This document shows, in pieces, positions 26,998 through 36,207 of a stretch of DNA of 39,921 nucleotides. The notes beneath the pieces are model-generated. The model ran no database searches and had not been told where the DNA came from. It worked only from the letters and a program-made list of their open reading frames with translations. Every line of letters begins with the position of its first letter. The first letter of the stretch is position 1. The stretch lies in contig JAZNTS010000216.1 in the NCBI GenBank assembly GCA_045591905.1, positions 1 through 39,921 on the forward strand, given 5' to 3'. The position numbers and the translations under genes were made by a program. The stretch is from Oscillospiraceae bacterium. GTDB taxonomy: Bacteria > Bacillota > Clostridia > Oscillospirales > Ruminococcaceae.

Positions 26998-27618
26998 ATG
27001 AACAGTAACTTGCTTCAGATAACAACGATACCGATCTCTATTGAGATCAAGGTAACAAATGCAAAGTTTGAGCTTGCCGATGACAGACAGCCCAAGGTCA
27101 ATATTACTACTCAGAACGGCGGTTATGTTATGAAAGCAGAGCCTCTGAAGATCAACATTGACACCTACGAGGCGAGAAAAAGCCTCGGCTATGGTCATAT
27201 GAGTGATGGTGATATGCTGAAACAGAAAGCGTCAGAGGGATTTACCCTTGCTTTTCAGGGCACTGCAAAGGTGGCTTCCGAGGGAAATCAGCTTGCACGC
27301 GGAGTTTCCGCTTCCGATATTGCTATCCAGAATGCTCGCGCAGGCGCTACCATTGAAACTATAATGGAGTTTCTTCCGAAAGAGGGCGCGGATATCACAT
27401 TTGACGGCGGAAAGCTGAACATAGATTATCAGATGGGCAGTCAGGAGATCGACTGGGATATCACAGAGCGTCTGCCTATGGAGTTTATTCCCGGCAGCGT
27501 AGAGCTTATCGTGCGCGACAGACCTCGCGTAGAGATAGAGTATGTGGGCGAGCCTATCTACGTTCCCGCAAGCGCAAACCCCAATTACGAGCCGCCCGCA
27601 TTTGAAACAAAGGGCTGA
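26998..27618 (+). CDS. YviE/DUF6470-like flagellar operon protein
   Basis: Between flgL and fliW; L.I.T.P, INID, A.EG, P.VEIEYVGEP.YVP. Confidence 0.7.
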   Translation: MNSNLLQITTIPISIEIKVTNAKFELADDRQPKVNITTQNGGYVMKAEPLKINIDTYEARKSLGYGHMSDGDMLKQKASEGFTLAFQGTAKVASEGNQLARGVSASDIAIQNARAGATIETIMEFLPKEGADITFDGGKLNIDYQMGSQEIDWDITERLPMEFIPGSVELIVRDRPRVEIEYVGEPIYVPASANPNYEPPAFETKG

Positions 27619-27657
27619 TATACCGAAAGGAGCGGTTTTGCTAAAGCAGACCGATGA

Positions 27658-28095
27658 ATGCTTATGAATATAAAAACTAGAGATTTCGGTGAAGTGCAGA
27701 TTGATGAAAGCACTATACTCAATTTCCCTGCGGGAATAATCGGATTTGAGGATACAAAGCGCTATACCCTGTTAAGTCCCTTGGGCGATGATAAGTTCCC
27801 CATGTGGCTGCAGGCGGTGGATAACTCCGATCTGTGCTTTGTTGTATATGATCCGATGGAGATATATCACGACTATAAATTCGAGATATCCGATGAGGAG
27901 CAGGAGCAGCTCAACATCAATGAGAGTGTTCCTTACAGATGCCTTGCTGTGGCAATAGTCCCCGAGGACTACAGAAAGACCACTATCAATCTCAGATGCC
28001 CTATAGTTATCAATCTGCGCGACAACATTGCTGCACAGATAATCCTTACAGAGCATTTCGAGTTCAAGGCGCCGGTCTATGAGGAGGGCTGCTGA
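27658..28095 (+). CDS. fliW: Flagellar assembly factor FliW (CsrA antagonist)
   Basis: TRDFG, FPAGIIGFE, WLQ, TINLRCPIVIN, AQIIL; start may be 27664. Confidence 0.94.
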   Translation: MLMNIKTRDFGEVQIDESTILNFPAGIIGFEDTKRYTLLSPLGDDKFPMWLQAVDNSDLCFVVYDPMEIYHDYKFEISDEEQEQLNINESVPYRCLAVAIVPEDYRKTTINLRCPIVINLRDNIAAQIILTEHFEFKAPVYEEGC

Positions 28096-28325
28096 TGCTT
28101 GTTGTAACAAGAAAACAGGACGAGAGCCTTATAATCTCAGACGATATCTGCATCACAGTGCTTGAGATCGGTAAGGATAAGGTGAAGATCGGTATTTCCG
28201 CACCAAAAGAGGTAAAGATAATCAGAAGCGAGCTTAAGGACGCACGTCAGACGAACGAGCAGTCCGCAAGCGCATCGAAGAGCGCTATTGCCGAGCTTTT
28301 GAAATTACATAAAGAGGAGGAGTAA
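28095..28325 (+). CDS. csrA: Carbon storage regulator CsrA
   Basis: MLVVTRKQDESLII...VKIGISAPKEVKIIRSEL. Confidence 0.96.
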   Translation: MLVVTRKQDESLIISDDICITVLEIGKDKVKIGISAPKEVKIIRSELKDARQTNEQSASASKSAIAELLKLHKEEE

Positions 28326-28327
28326 TT

Positions 28328-30736
28328 ATGGCAGCGACAGAACCTATTCGTTTCAGTGGCATGAATTCAGGCATGGACACCGAATCTATAATCGAAGCGA
28401 TGCTGTCTACTCAACAGACAAGAATAGATAATCAGAACAAAAAGCTTACTATGCTTGAATGGCAGCAGGAGGCTTATCGTTCAGTTACAGAGAAGCTGAC
28501 AAACTTCCAGAACAAGTATTTTGACCTGCTTAAAAAGGATAGCTACATCATGAGCCCGAACTCTTTCAACAAGTTCAAGGCTGATGTTACTTCCACAGGC
28601 ACAAATACAAACGGCTTTTCTGTCACAACATCTGCGGCTTCGCTTGCACAGACTTATAAGGTAAAGGTAGGACAGACCGCAACATCTTCAACTGTTGAGG
28701 GAAATGTTATCGTTCCTCAGAACTTCAAGCTTGATTTTGACAAGGCTATCAGCACCGCGAAGTTTACCGACAGCGAAGACGGCAGCACCAGAACATATGA
28801 GTTCGCGCTGGACATCACTGTGGGCAGCGTTACAAAGACTATTGATTTCACAGCAGACGCAGATCTTACTGACGGTAATGTGGATATGGACGCGCTCAAG
28901 CAGACAATGCTCGACAGCCTTAACACACAGCTTCAGGAGGAGTTCGGTCATTCCGGCAGAGTCGGCGATGATACGCTCGCCGGTATTGTTGACGCAAACG
29001 GCAACGAGTGGTATCTGCAGGCTGAGATGAATGCCGATGGTATGGTTGATTTCCGTGTTGGCGGTAATATCAGCGTTTCAGTTGCTGAAAACAGCGGTAA
29101 TTTTGGTATTCAGGATCTTGCTTCCTCTGTTTCGATAACAGCTTCCAGCGCTGTAACAGGAACAAATACACTCGCTGTAACAGTCGGTGACACAACAAAG
29201 AAGATTAGCTTCGAGGGTGTTTCCGATACATATTACAGCAGCAAGAACGCAAGCGGCAACGAGGATATCCTCAAGGAGTTTAACGAGCTGAAGCTTGCAG
29301 CTTACCGCAAGGAAAAGAAGCTCAGCAACAGCGCCGAGGTATCTGAGAGTGATCTTAATAAGTTCACCTATACCGACGCACAGGCTGCTGCAGACAAGAA
29401 CAGCGCTGCACTTAATGAGGCGCTTAATAACGAGTTCAACGCAGATGGTATTATTTTTACCGTTTCAGACGGTAAAGTGACCGCCACAAAGGACGGCAAT
29501 AAGGCTCAGCTTTCTATGACCACTATTGACGGCGGTACGCTGGGTATTGCAAAGGGCACTGTATCCAATAAGATCGCCAATACAACAAAGCTTGCCGATC
29601 TTGGACTCACAGCAAGCGATGACGGCTACTCCATCAAGATCAACGATGTTGAGATCACAGTAGGCAAAGATGCAAGTATTAAAGACCTGATCTCTGCCGT
29701 AAACAAGTCCGAAGCAGGCGTAACCATGAGCTATTCCGCGCTGACAAACAACTTTGAGATAGTTTCAAAGGACATCGGCAGCGCAGGTGTTATCTCCATC
29801 GAGGGCAGCGATTTCACAAAGGCTCTCGGTCTTACCGATGAAACTGGCGCTATGGCTAACTACACACGCGGTCATAACGCTATAGTTGAGATAAACGGTG
29901 AGGAGATATATCTTAACGAAAACAAGTACACCATTGACGGTACAACATTTAAGTTTACCGATGATGTTCAGCTTGGCGAAACCTTTACTGTCGGCGTTTC
30001 CCGCGACACTGAGGACGTTAAGGAGCTTATTGTTAATTTCGTAAATGACTACAACACCCTTATTGACGAGGTGTATGAGCATATCGGCAAGAAGCCCAAG
30101 ACCGACTCCGATGACAACCGTTTCGAGCCGCTTACTGACGCCGAAAAGGAAGCAATGACTGAGGACGAGATAAAGACATGGGAAGAAAATGCTAAGATAG
30201 GCGTTATCTATAATGATTCCACTGTTTCAAGCATAATGTCAAAGCTCCGCACCAATATGTACAACAGCGTTGAGCTTGCAGACGGAAGCAAGATAGGTCT
30301 GTTCAGCCTCGGCATCAAGACCTCCAACGACTATACTCAGCATGGTAAGCTTGAGATAGACGAGGATCGCCTTGACAAAATGCTCAGCGAGAACATTGAA
30401 GCCGTTACAACATTGTTCACAGACAGCGAAAACGGTCTGATGACCAAGATGGACAGCATACTTGATTCCGCAGTGAAAACTTCCGGTGTTGCTGAAAAGA
30501 GAGGCTCTCTTATCAAGAAGGCAGGCCTTGCTACAGGCGCAACCGCAAAGGATAACACGATCTATGAGCAGATGGAGAATATCCGCAAGCGTCTTTCCGA
30601 CCTTAACGACAGATATGACGCTCGTGAGGAATACTGGTGGTCTGTATTCACAAACATGGAGTCTATGATGTCCGACCTCAACAGCCAGAGCTCTTATTTC
30701 GCTTCGTATCTTGGCTCGGCAACAACAATGCAGTAA
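28328..30736 (+). CDS. fliD: Flagellar filament cap FliD (802 aa)
   Basis: SGMNSGMDTESII, FVNDYN, PLT..EK..M.E.EIK.WE, GKLEIDE, F..ME..MS.LNSQ. Confidence 0.94.
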   Translation: MAATEPIRFSGMNSGMDTESIIEAMLSTQQTRIDNQNKKLTMLEWQQEAYRSVTEKLTNFQNKYFDLLKKDSYIMSPNSFNKFKADVTSTGTNTNGFSVTTSAASLAQTYKVKVGQTATSSTVEGNVIVPQNFKLDFDKAISTAKFTDSEDGSTRTYEFALDITVGSVTKTIDFTADADLTDGNVDMDALKQTMLDSLNTQLQEEFGHSGRVGDDTLAGIVDANGNEWYLQAEMNADGMVDFRVGGNISVSVAENSGNFGIQDLASSVSITASSAVTGTNTLAVTVGDTTKKISFEGVSDTYYSSKNASGNEDILKEFNELKLAAYRKEKKLSNSAEVSESDLNKFTYTDAQAAADKNSAALNEALNNEFNADGIIFTVSDGKVTATKDGNKAQLSMTTIDGGTLGIAKGTVSNKIANTTKLADLGLTASDDGYSIKINDVEITVGKDASIKDLISAVNKSEAGVTMSYSALTNNFEIVSKDIGSAGVISIEGSDFTKALGLTDETGAMANYTRGHNAIVEINGEEIYLNENKYTIDGTTFKFTDDVQLGETFTVGVSRDTEDVKELIVNFVNDYNTLIDEVYEHIGKKPKTDSDDNRFEPLTDAEKEAMTEDEIKTWEENAKIGVIYNDSTVSSIMSKLRTNMYNSVELADGSKIGLFSLGIKTSNDYTQHGKLEIDEDRLDKMLSENIEAVTTLFTDSENGLMTKMDSILDSAVKTSGVAEKRGSLIKKAGLATGATAKDNTIYEQMENIRKRLSDLNDRYDAREEYWWSVFTNMESMMSDLNSQSSYFASYLGSATTMQ

Positions 30737-30749
30737 AGGGAAGTAGATC

Positions 30750-31157
30750 ATGGTAAATCCATATTCCGCATATAAAAAGCAGTCTGTGCAGACGATGACG
30801 CCCGTTGAGGTAGTTATCAAGATGTACAGCGAGATAGAGCGTCAGCTTGCTATCGGTGTTTGCGCCATTGACGAGCTGAAAGACTACGCAAAAGCAAACG
30901 ACGCGCTTATCAAGGCACAGGAGCTTATCGGAGCACTGCGCGGCGTGCTTGATATGTCGGTGCCAATCTCCAAAAATCTTGAGGATCTGTATATATTCTT
31001 CCAGAACGAGACCATGAAAGCTAACATCAAGAAGAATACATCAGAGATACAAAAGATAATTCCTATGATTGCCGATCTGCGCGACGCTTTCACGCAGATA
31101 AGCCAGATGACCAAGGAAGAGATAGAGGCACAGGCAAAGGCTAATTCGAAAAAATAA
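30750..31157 (+). CDS. fliS: Flagellin chaperone FliS
   Basis: NPYSAYK...T.TP, KAQELI..L...LDM, NL..LY. Confidence 0.93.
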   Translation: MVNPYSAYKKQSVQTMTPVEVVIKMYSEIERQLAIGVCAIDELKDYAKANDALIKAQELIGALRGVLDMSVPISKNLEDLYIFFQNETMKANIKKNTSEIQKIIPMIADLRDAFTQISQMTKEEIEAQAKANSKK

Positions 31158-31177
31158 GCATTAAAGGGGGAGGCGTT

Positions 31178-31663
31178 ATGTCAGAAGAACTCGGTTGCAC
31201 CGCTGTACTGGAAATACTTAGTGAAATATATGAAACGATGCAGGAGTATGAAAAATACACCGATTCGATGATAAATGCCGACCTCGAGGTATTACAGCAG
31301 GCACTGTTCAGACGCAACGAGATAATTGCTACCTTGGAGGAGCTGAAGCAGCACCTTGAGGGGGTTATCTCTCTTGAACAGAAAGAGGAGCGTGAGCTTC
31401 TTGAAACGCTTGTTAAGGGCGGCTATGTCAGTGTGCCTTTAGACGAGGTGCATAAGGAGATACAGCTCGTTCAGCGCAATATCACTATCTGCAAGCAGCG
31501 TGTTCTGGATAAGGATAAGGTGATATCCAACCAGTTCAGAAGCCAGCAGATCGACTCGCGCAAGGAGCTTGAGTCGCTTAAAGCAACCAAAAAACAGATC
31601 GGGTATTACAACAGCGCTGTCGTTGGCAGAGCCACGGGCAGGTCGCTGAACAAAAATCTCTGA
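31178..31663 (+). CDS. FliT/FlgN-like flagellar chaperone (putative)
   Basis: All-helical 161 aa at the fliT position after fliS; GY.N near C-terminus. Confidence 0.55.
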   Translation: MSEELGCTAVLEILSEIYETMQEYEKYTDSMINADLEVLQQALFRRNEIIATLEELKQHLEGVISLEQKEERELLETLVKGGYVSVPLDEVHKEIQLVQRNITICKQRVLDKDKVISNQFRSQQIDSRKELESLKATKKQIGYYNSAVVGRATGRSLNKNL

Positions 31664-31674
31664 TCGTCAGTTAT

Positions 31675-31789
31675 ACCGCCGAAAGGATACCTCCGCAGGG
31701 GGTGTTGTCAGAGTATTGCAATTTCTGCCGTAGGCAGAATTAGGGTTAGAAATTCTGACAAGAAAGTCTTTTTTCGGCGGTTTGTTTTT
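31675..31789 (+). other. Multi-branched structured 3' element ending in a U-tract (terminator with large insert)
   Basis: Outer stem ACCGCCGAAAGGA/TTTTTTCGGCGGT enclosing three stems. Confidence 0.55.
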
Positions 31790-31934
31790 ACATTTGTCAT
31801 AAAAACCAACAGAACAGGCTTTGTAAATTGTGAAAAATCACCAACGAATAAGCCCTGTAAAGCGTGTTAGTATTTCAAAGTTTGTGAAAGTTTTACGAAT
31901 TTCGCGATAGCTTTTTAAAACCTTTGTACAGTGC

Positions 31935-31963
31935 TTGAAAATAACCGCGCTTTATTGTATAAT
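31935..31963 (+). promoter_or_regulatory. sigmaA promoter of EAL-HDOD gene
   Basis: TTGAAA-17-TATAAT. Confidence 0.7.
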
Positions 31964-32047
31964 TATAGTAGAGGTATTGTCTGCCTCGCGGCTGTTTATG
32001 CCGCACACTATAAGCGACACAATATGGCGAAAGGTGATTTTTTACAG

Positions 32048-33262
32048 ATGGACGTTTACATGGCACGGCAGCCGATATTCGATATAGAGAATCGTGTATA
32101 CGGCTATGAATTGCTGTACCGCAGCAACGGACAACAGAATAATTATACCGGCAAAAGCGGCGATGAGTCCACTGCCGATGTTATCACCAATGCCTTTTTT
32201 GGTCTGGATATACGAGAGGTCATCGGCGGCGGCAAGGCTTTCATCAACTTTACGGGCAACCTTTTAAAGCGCGGCGTGCCGAAAATGATATCCCCCGATA
32301 TCGTTGTTGTAGAGGTGCTTGAAAACCTTATGCTTGACGAGGATCTGATAGACGCCTGTCAGGAACTGAAAGAGCGCGGATATACCGTGGCGCTGGACGA
32401 TTTCGAGTACAACAACACCTACAGCGAGCTTTTTCAGCTTGGCGATATAGTTAAGATAGATTTCAGAACAAATCAGAAGAAGATAGAAGAAACTGCATAC
32501 GTCTGTCGCTACTGCAACAAGATAATGCTTGCGGAGAAGATAGAAACATCAGAGGAGTACGAATATGCAAAGCGCCTTGGCTGCACTTTCACTCAGGGCT
32601 ATTACTTTGCGCGTCCGACTATCCTTTCAAGGGACAGCGCTGTACCCCTAACGATGAATTTCATGCAGATAATGCAGCTTGTTTCCCAGCCTGAGCCTGA
32701 GATAAGCGACATCGTTGAGGTAATCTCACGCGATACCGCGATGTGTCAAAGACTTCTGAGGCTGATTAATTCCGTATATTTCGGTGTAAAGAACAGAGTT
32801 TCCTCGATAAGTCAGGCGCTCGTTATACTTGGACTCGACTATCTGCGCGAGTGGGTGTATCTTATGGGTATGCAGAGGATAACTCGCAACGATAATATCG
32901 AGATAATGCGCATCTCGCTTGTTGTGGCGAAATTCTGCCGCAGACTTGCGAACATGATACCCGAAGCGCAGAAGAATGCAGACGCATTTTACCTTATGGG
33001 TCTGCTGTCGATGCTTGATTACTGCAAGGCGTCGGAGCTTGAGCGCAAGCTGAACGAGTTCCCGATAACCGACGACATCAAAAACGGTCTTCTCGGCAGA
33101 GGCGGCATATACGGCGACGTATATCGCCTTGCGGTCAGCTTTGAGCGCGGCAAGTGGGAAGAGGTCGATAAATTCGCGGCGCTCTATAATTTGGACAGCT
33201 CTGCGATATCCGATATGTTCCTGAAATGCGTTAAGGAATCGGAAGCGCTGAAGATGCTGTAA
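32048..33262 (+). CDS. EAL + HDOD domain c-di-GMP phosphodiesterase (YuxH/PdeH-like)
   Basis: ARQPIFD, YELLYR, FINF, EVLE, ALDDF, VKID, AEKIE, QGYYF; HDOD LLRLINS; AAAGGTG RBS before ATG 32048. Confidence 0.92.
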   Translation: MDVYMARQPIFDIENRVYGYELLYRSNGQQNNYTGKSGDESTADVITNAFFGLDIREVIGGGKAFINFTGNLLKRGVPKMISPDIVVVEVLENLMLDEDLIDACQELKERGYTVALDDFEYNNTYSELFQLGDIVKIDFRTNQKKIEETAYVCRYCNKIMLAEKIETSEEYEYAKRLGCTFTQGYYFARPTILSRDSAVPLTMNFMQIMQLVSQPEPEISDIVEVISRDTAMCQRLLRLINSVYFGVKNRVSSISQALVILGLDYLREWVYLMGMQRITRNDNIEIMRISLVVAKFCRRLANMIPEAQKNADAFYLMGLLSMLDYCKASELERKLNEFPITDDIKNGLLGRGGIYGDVYRLAVSFERGKWEEVDKFAALYNLDSSAISDMFLKCVKESEALKML

Positions 33263-33279
33263 AACATGGTGAGGTTAAA

Positions 33280-34359
33280 ATGTCTTTTTTTCTTGATGAT
33301 ATAGATGGCTGCCTGTGGGACTATCTTGCCGCGACACGAAAAAAGCTTGTGCTTTACGGCATGGGCGACGGCGCGGAGAAGATACGCTCGGCGCTTCAAA
33401 GCGTGGGCGCGCAGGTGTCTGATATAATGGCGAGCGACGAGTTTGTGCGCGGTCACAGCTTTATGGGAATGCGCGTGAAAAAGCTCTCCGAGATAGAGGA
33501 GCTTTACGGCGATGACTTTATTATTCTTGTTTGCTTTGGAAGTCAGCTTCCGGAGGTGATGGACAGGATATATGCCATCGCAGAAAAGCATGAGCTTTAT
33601 GCACCGAATGTTCCTGTAGTTGGCGATGGATTGTTTACTCTTTCGTATGCAAAAGAGCATTACGATGAGATAAAGGCTGCTTATGAGCTGATGGCGGACG
33701 AGCAGTCGAAAAAGGTTTTTGAAAATATTATTAGATACAAGCTCAGCGGAGATATCTCGCTGCTGCGCGAATGTGAAACTCCGCGCGAGGAAATGTATGA
33801 CCTGCTGATGATAGGCGCCGAGGAGATATATGTTGATCTTGGTGCGTATAACGGCGACACACTGGTCGAGTTTTTGAACGAGACCTCTATGAATTTCAGA
33901 AAGCTGTATGCGATGGAGCCTGACCATAAAAACTATCAGAAGCTTAAAAGACGGCTGTATATGATAGGCTCAGAGCTGCTTGAGGCTTACAACTGCGGAG
34001 CGTGGGACAGCGAAACGACGATGCTGTTCAGCCTTAAGGCAGGCCGTAGCTCCAAGGTGACTGAGGTCGCGCCGAAACGAGGCAGAGAGGTCAAGATGAT
34101 GAGTGTTGACCATATGCTTCAGGGCGGCGAGGCTACATTTATAAAATACGACGTAGAGGGCAGCGAGCAAAAGGCGCTCAACGGCACAAAGCAGACGATA
34201 GTGAAATTCCGTCCGAAGCTGAATGTTGCGCTGTATCACAGAAATGAAGATATGTTTGCTATACCTCTGCAGATAGCGCAGCTCAACCGTAAATATAAGA
34301 TGTATCTGAGGCATCACCCTTATGTGCCCGACTGGGACACAAATTTATATTGTATTTAA
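33280..34359 (+). CDS. FkbM family SAM-dependent methyltransferase
   Basis: VDLGAYNGDT, EPD, FIKYDVEGSE, PKL.VALYH. Confidence 0.92.
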   Translation: MSFFLDDIDGCLWDYLAATRKKLVLYGMGDGAEKIRSALQSVGAQVSDIMASDEFVRGHSFMGMRVKKLSEIEELYGDDFIILVCFGSQLPEVMDRIYAIAEKHELYAPNVPVVGDGLFTLSYAKEHYDEIKAAYELMADEQSKKVFENIIRYKLSGDISLLRECETPREEMYDLLMIGAEEIYVDLGAYNGDTLVEFLNETSMNFRKLYAMEPDHKNYQKLKRRLYMIGSELLEAYNCGAWDSETTMLFSLKAGRSSKVTEVAPKRGREVKMMSVDHMLQGGEATFIKYDVEGSEQKALNGTKQTIVKFRPKLNVALYHRNEDMFAIPLQIAQLNRKYKMYLRHHPYVPDWDTNLYCI

Positions 34360-34377
34360 CAGAAATGAGGACTGCAC

Positions 34378-35199
34378 ATGAAGATAGTTGTCGGAATAGT
34401 GCTTATTGCGATCGTCATAGGCGCTCTTGCGGTTTATCTTATCCTGATGCTCAATGCACATGATATGATATTCTGCGGAGATATCACTAACGAGGACGGT
34501 CAGAGCGCAAGCGTTACACGCGTGTATACAACTGACCTTAGCGCAAATGAGACCCTGTCACAGATAGTGCTTGCCATGAATGGTACGGAGAATGACAATC
34601 TGCCAATTGAGGAGCTTACTGTCATTCTTGCCGAATATCAGAGTATTATATATGCTCCTGTTTTCAACCTACATACCGAAAAGGTCGACACCTCAACATT
34701 TATTATCACAGGCAGCGTCTACAATGGTATAAACGAAAAGGGCGAGCCTACGCATAATGACTATCTTTATGACAATCTTCGTCTTAACGTCGTTGTGACG
34801 AATGGCGAGGTGCTTGCGGCTCAGAACGTTTACGAAAAGGCTGAGGATACCAAAAAGGACAAGAAAAAGAAAGACGATGATCTTACGCTGGTCGAGCGTT
34901 ATGTTGTTGAGCCTATCATCACAGACGAGAACAAAGCGGCGGCTTTTGCACTGGACGATACAGACAGCTTCCGTATGATAATCAGAGGAACGGCAGAAAT
35001 GCCCGCACAGCTCACATTTGTTTATTCTTATGACGTAGTGACCGAAAACCCGTTGGATTTCACGGGAACAGAGGACGGTCTGCTTGCTATTTCAATGATA
35101 GAAGCTTATGACGAAGAGGGCAGATTTGACCCCGAGTATGAGTTGGTGAAAGCTGAAATGGTCGAGGACGACAAAGATAAGAAGAAAAAGAAAAACTAA
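34378..35199 (+). CDS. Hypothetical membrane-anchored protein
   Basis: N-terminal hydrophobic helix, acidic body, two Lys-rich patches; GAGG RBS. Confidence 0.75.
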   Translation: MKIVVGIVLIAIVIGALAVYLILMLNAHDMIFCGDITNEDGQSASVTRVYTTDLSANETLSQIVLAMNGTENDNLPIEELTVILAEYQSIIYAPVFNLHTEKVDTSTFIITGSVYNGINEKGEPTHNDYLYDNLRLNVVVTNGEVLAAQNVYEKAEDTKKDKKKKDDDLTLVERYVVEPIITDENKAAAFALDDTDSFRMIIRGTAEMPAQLTFVYSYDVVTENPLDFTGTEDGLLAISMIEAYDEEGRFDPEYELVKAEMVEDDKDKKKKKN

Positions 35200-35205
35200 A
35201 AAAAG

Positions 35206-35235
35206 ATCCCAAACGCTTATGTTTGGGATTTTTTT
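35206..35235 (+). terminator. Intrinsic terminator
   Basis: ATCCCAAAC/GTTTGGGAT + T-run, with an A-run upstream (bidirectional). Confidence 0.8.
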
Positions 35236-35246
35236 AAGGAGGAAGC

Positions 35247-36116
35247 ATGGGCTGTACATTATGTCCGAGAAAATGCGGCGCAGACAGGACGGTGAATGTC
35301 GGATTCTGCGGCATGAGCGATAAGCTTAAAGCGGCAAGAGCGGGGCTTCACTTCTGGGAAGAGCCATGCATTAGCGGCACAAACGGAAGCGGCACGGTGT
35401 TTTTTTCGGGCTGCGTCATGCGGTGCTGCTATTGTCAGAATTATGAGATAAGCGCACAGGGTAAGGGCAAGGAAATATCCGTCAGCCGCCTTGCTGATAT
35501 ATTTCTGGAGCTTCAAGAGCAAGGAGCGCACAACATAAATCTTGTGAGTCCCACGCATTTCGTGCCGCAGATAATTGAAGCGCTTGATATTGCGAAAGGC
35601 TCGCTGAAAATCCCTGTGGTGTATAACACAGGCGGCTATGAGCGGGTGGAAACACTGAAGATGCTGGAGGGCTACATAGATATCTATCTTCCCGATATCA
35701 AGTATTTTTCAGATGAAGCGGCAAAGCTGTCGCAGGCTCCGAATTACTTTGAAACAGCGATGGCGGCCGTCGGGGAGATGGTTCGGCAGACAGGCAAGCC
35801 GAGCTTTGACGGCGAGCTGCTCAAAAAGGGAGTTATCGTGCGGCATATGGTGCTGCCGTATATGTATAAGGACTCGGTGGAAGTAATTCGCAGAGTGGGC
35901 GAGTGCTTTGGCGAGGATATACTGTTCAGCCTTATGAGCCAGTATACGCCGTTTCACAAAGCTAAGGACGACCCGCGTTTAGGACGGCGGATAACCACTT
36001 TTGAGTACAGAAAGGCTCTTGACGCGGTGACGCAGGCAGGACTTTCGGGCTATATGCAGCAGCGCAGCTCCGCAAAAGAGGAGTATACTCCTGCGTTTGA
36101 TTTGAGCGGTCTGTGA
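35247..36116 (+). CDS. Radical SAM protein, PflX-like
   Basis: CTLCPRKC, H.WEEP.ISG..GSGTVFF, CxxxCxxC (CVMRCCYC), YLPDIKY, VRHMVLP, MSQYTP. Confidence 0.92.
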   Translation: MGCTLCPRKCGADRTVNVGFCGMSDKLKAARAGLHFWEEPCISGTNGSGTVFFSGCVMRCCYCQNYEISAQGKGKEISVSRLADIFLELQEQGAHNINLVSPTHFVPQIIEALDIAKGSLKIPVVYNTGGYERVETLKMLEGYIDIYLPDIKYFSDEAAKLSQAPNYFETAMAAVGEMVRQTGKPSFDGELLKKGVIVRHMVLPYMYKDSVEVIRRVGECFGEDILFSLMSQYTPFHKAKDDPRLGRRITTFEYRKALDAVTQAGLSGYMQQRSSAKEEYTPAFDLSGL

Positions 36117-36146
36117 AAACATTTTCATGAATTTGTGCTTTTCCTC

Positions 36147-36175
36147 TTTACAAAAAGCACGTTTTATATTAAAAT
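36147..36175 (+). promoter_or_regulatory. Possible sigmaA promoter
   Basis: TTTACA-17-TAAAAT. Confidence 0.5.
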
Positions 36176-36207
36176 AGTAACAGAACAAAATTTAGGAGCA
36201 AACCACG

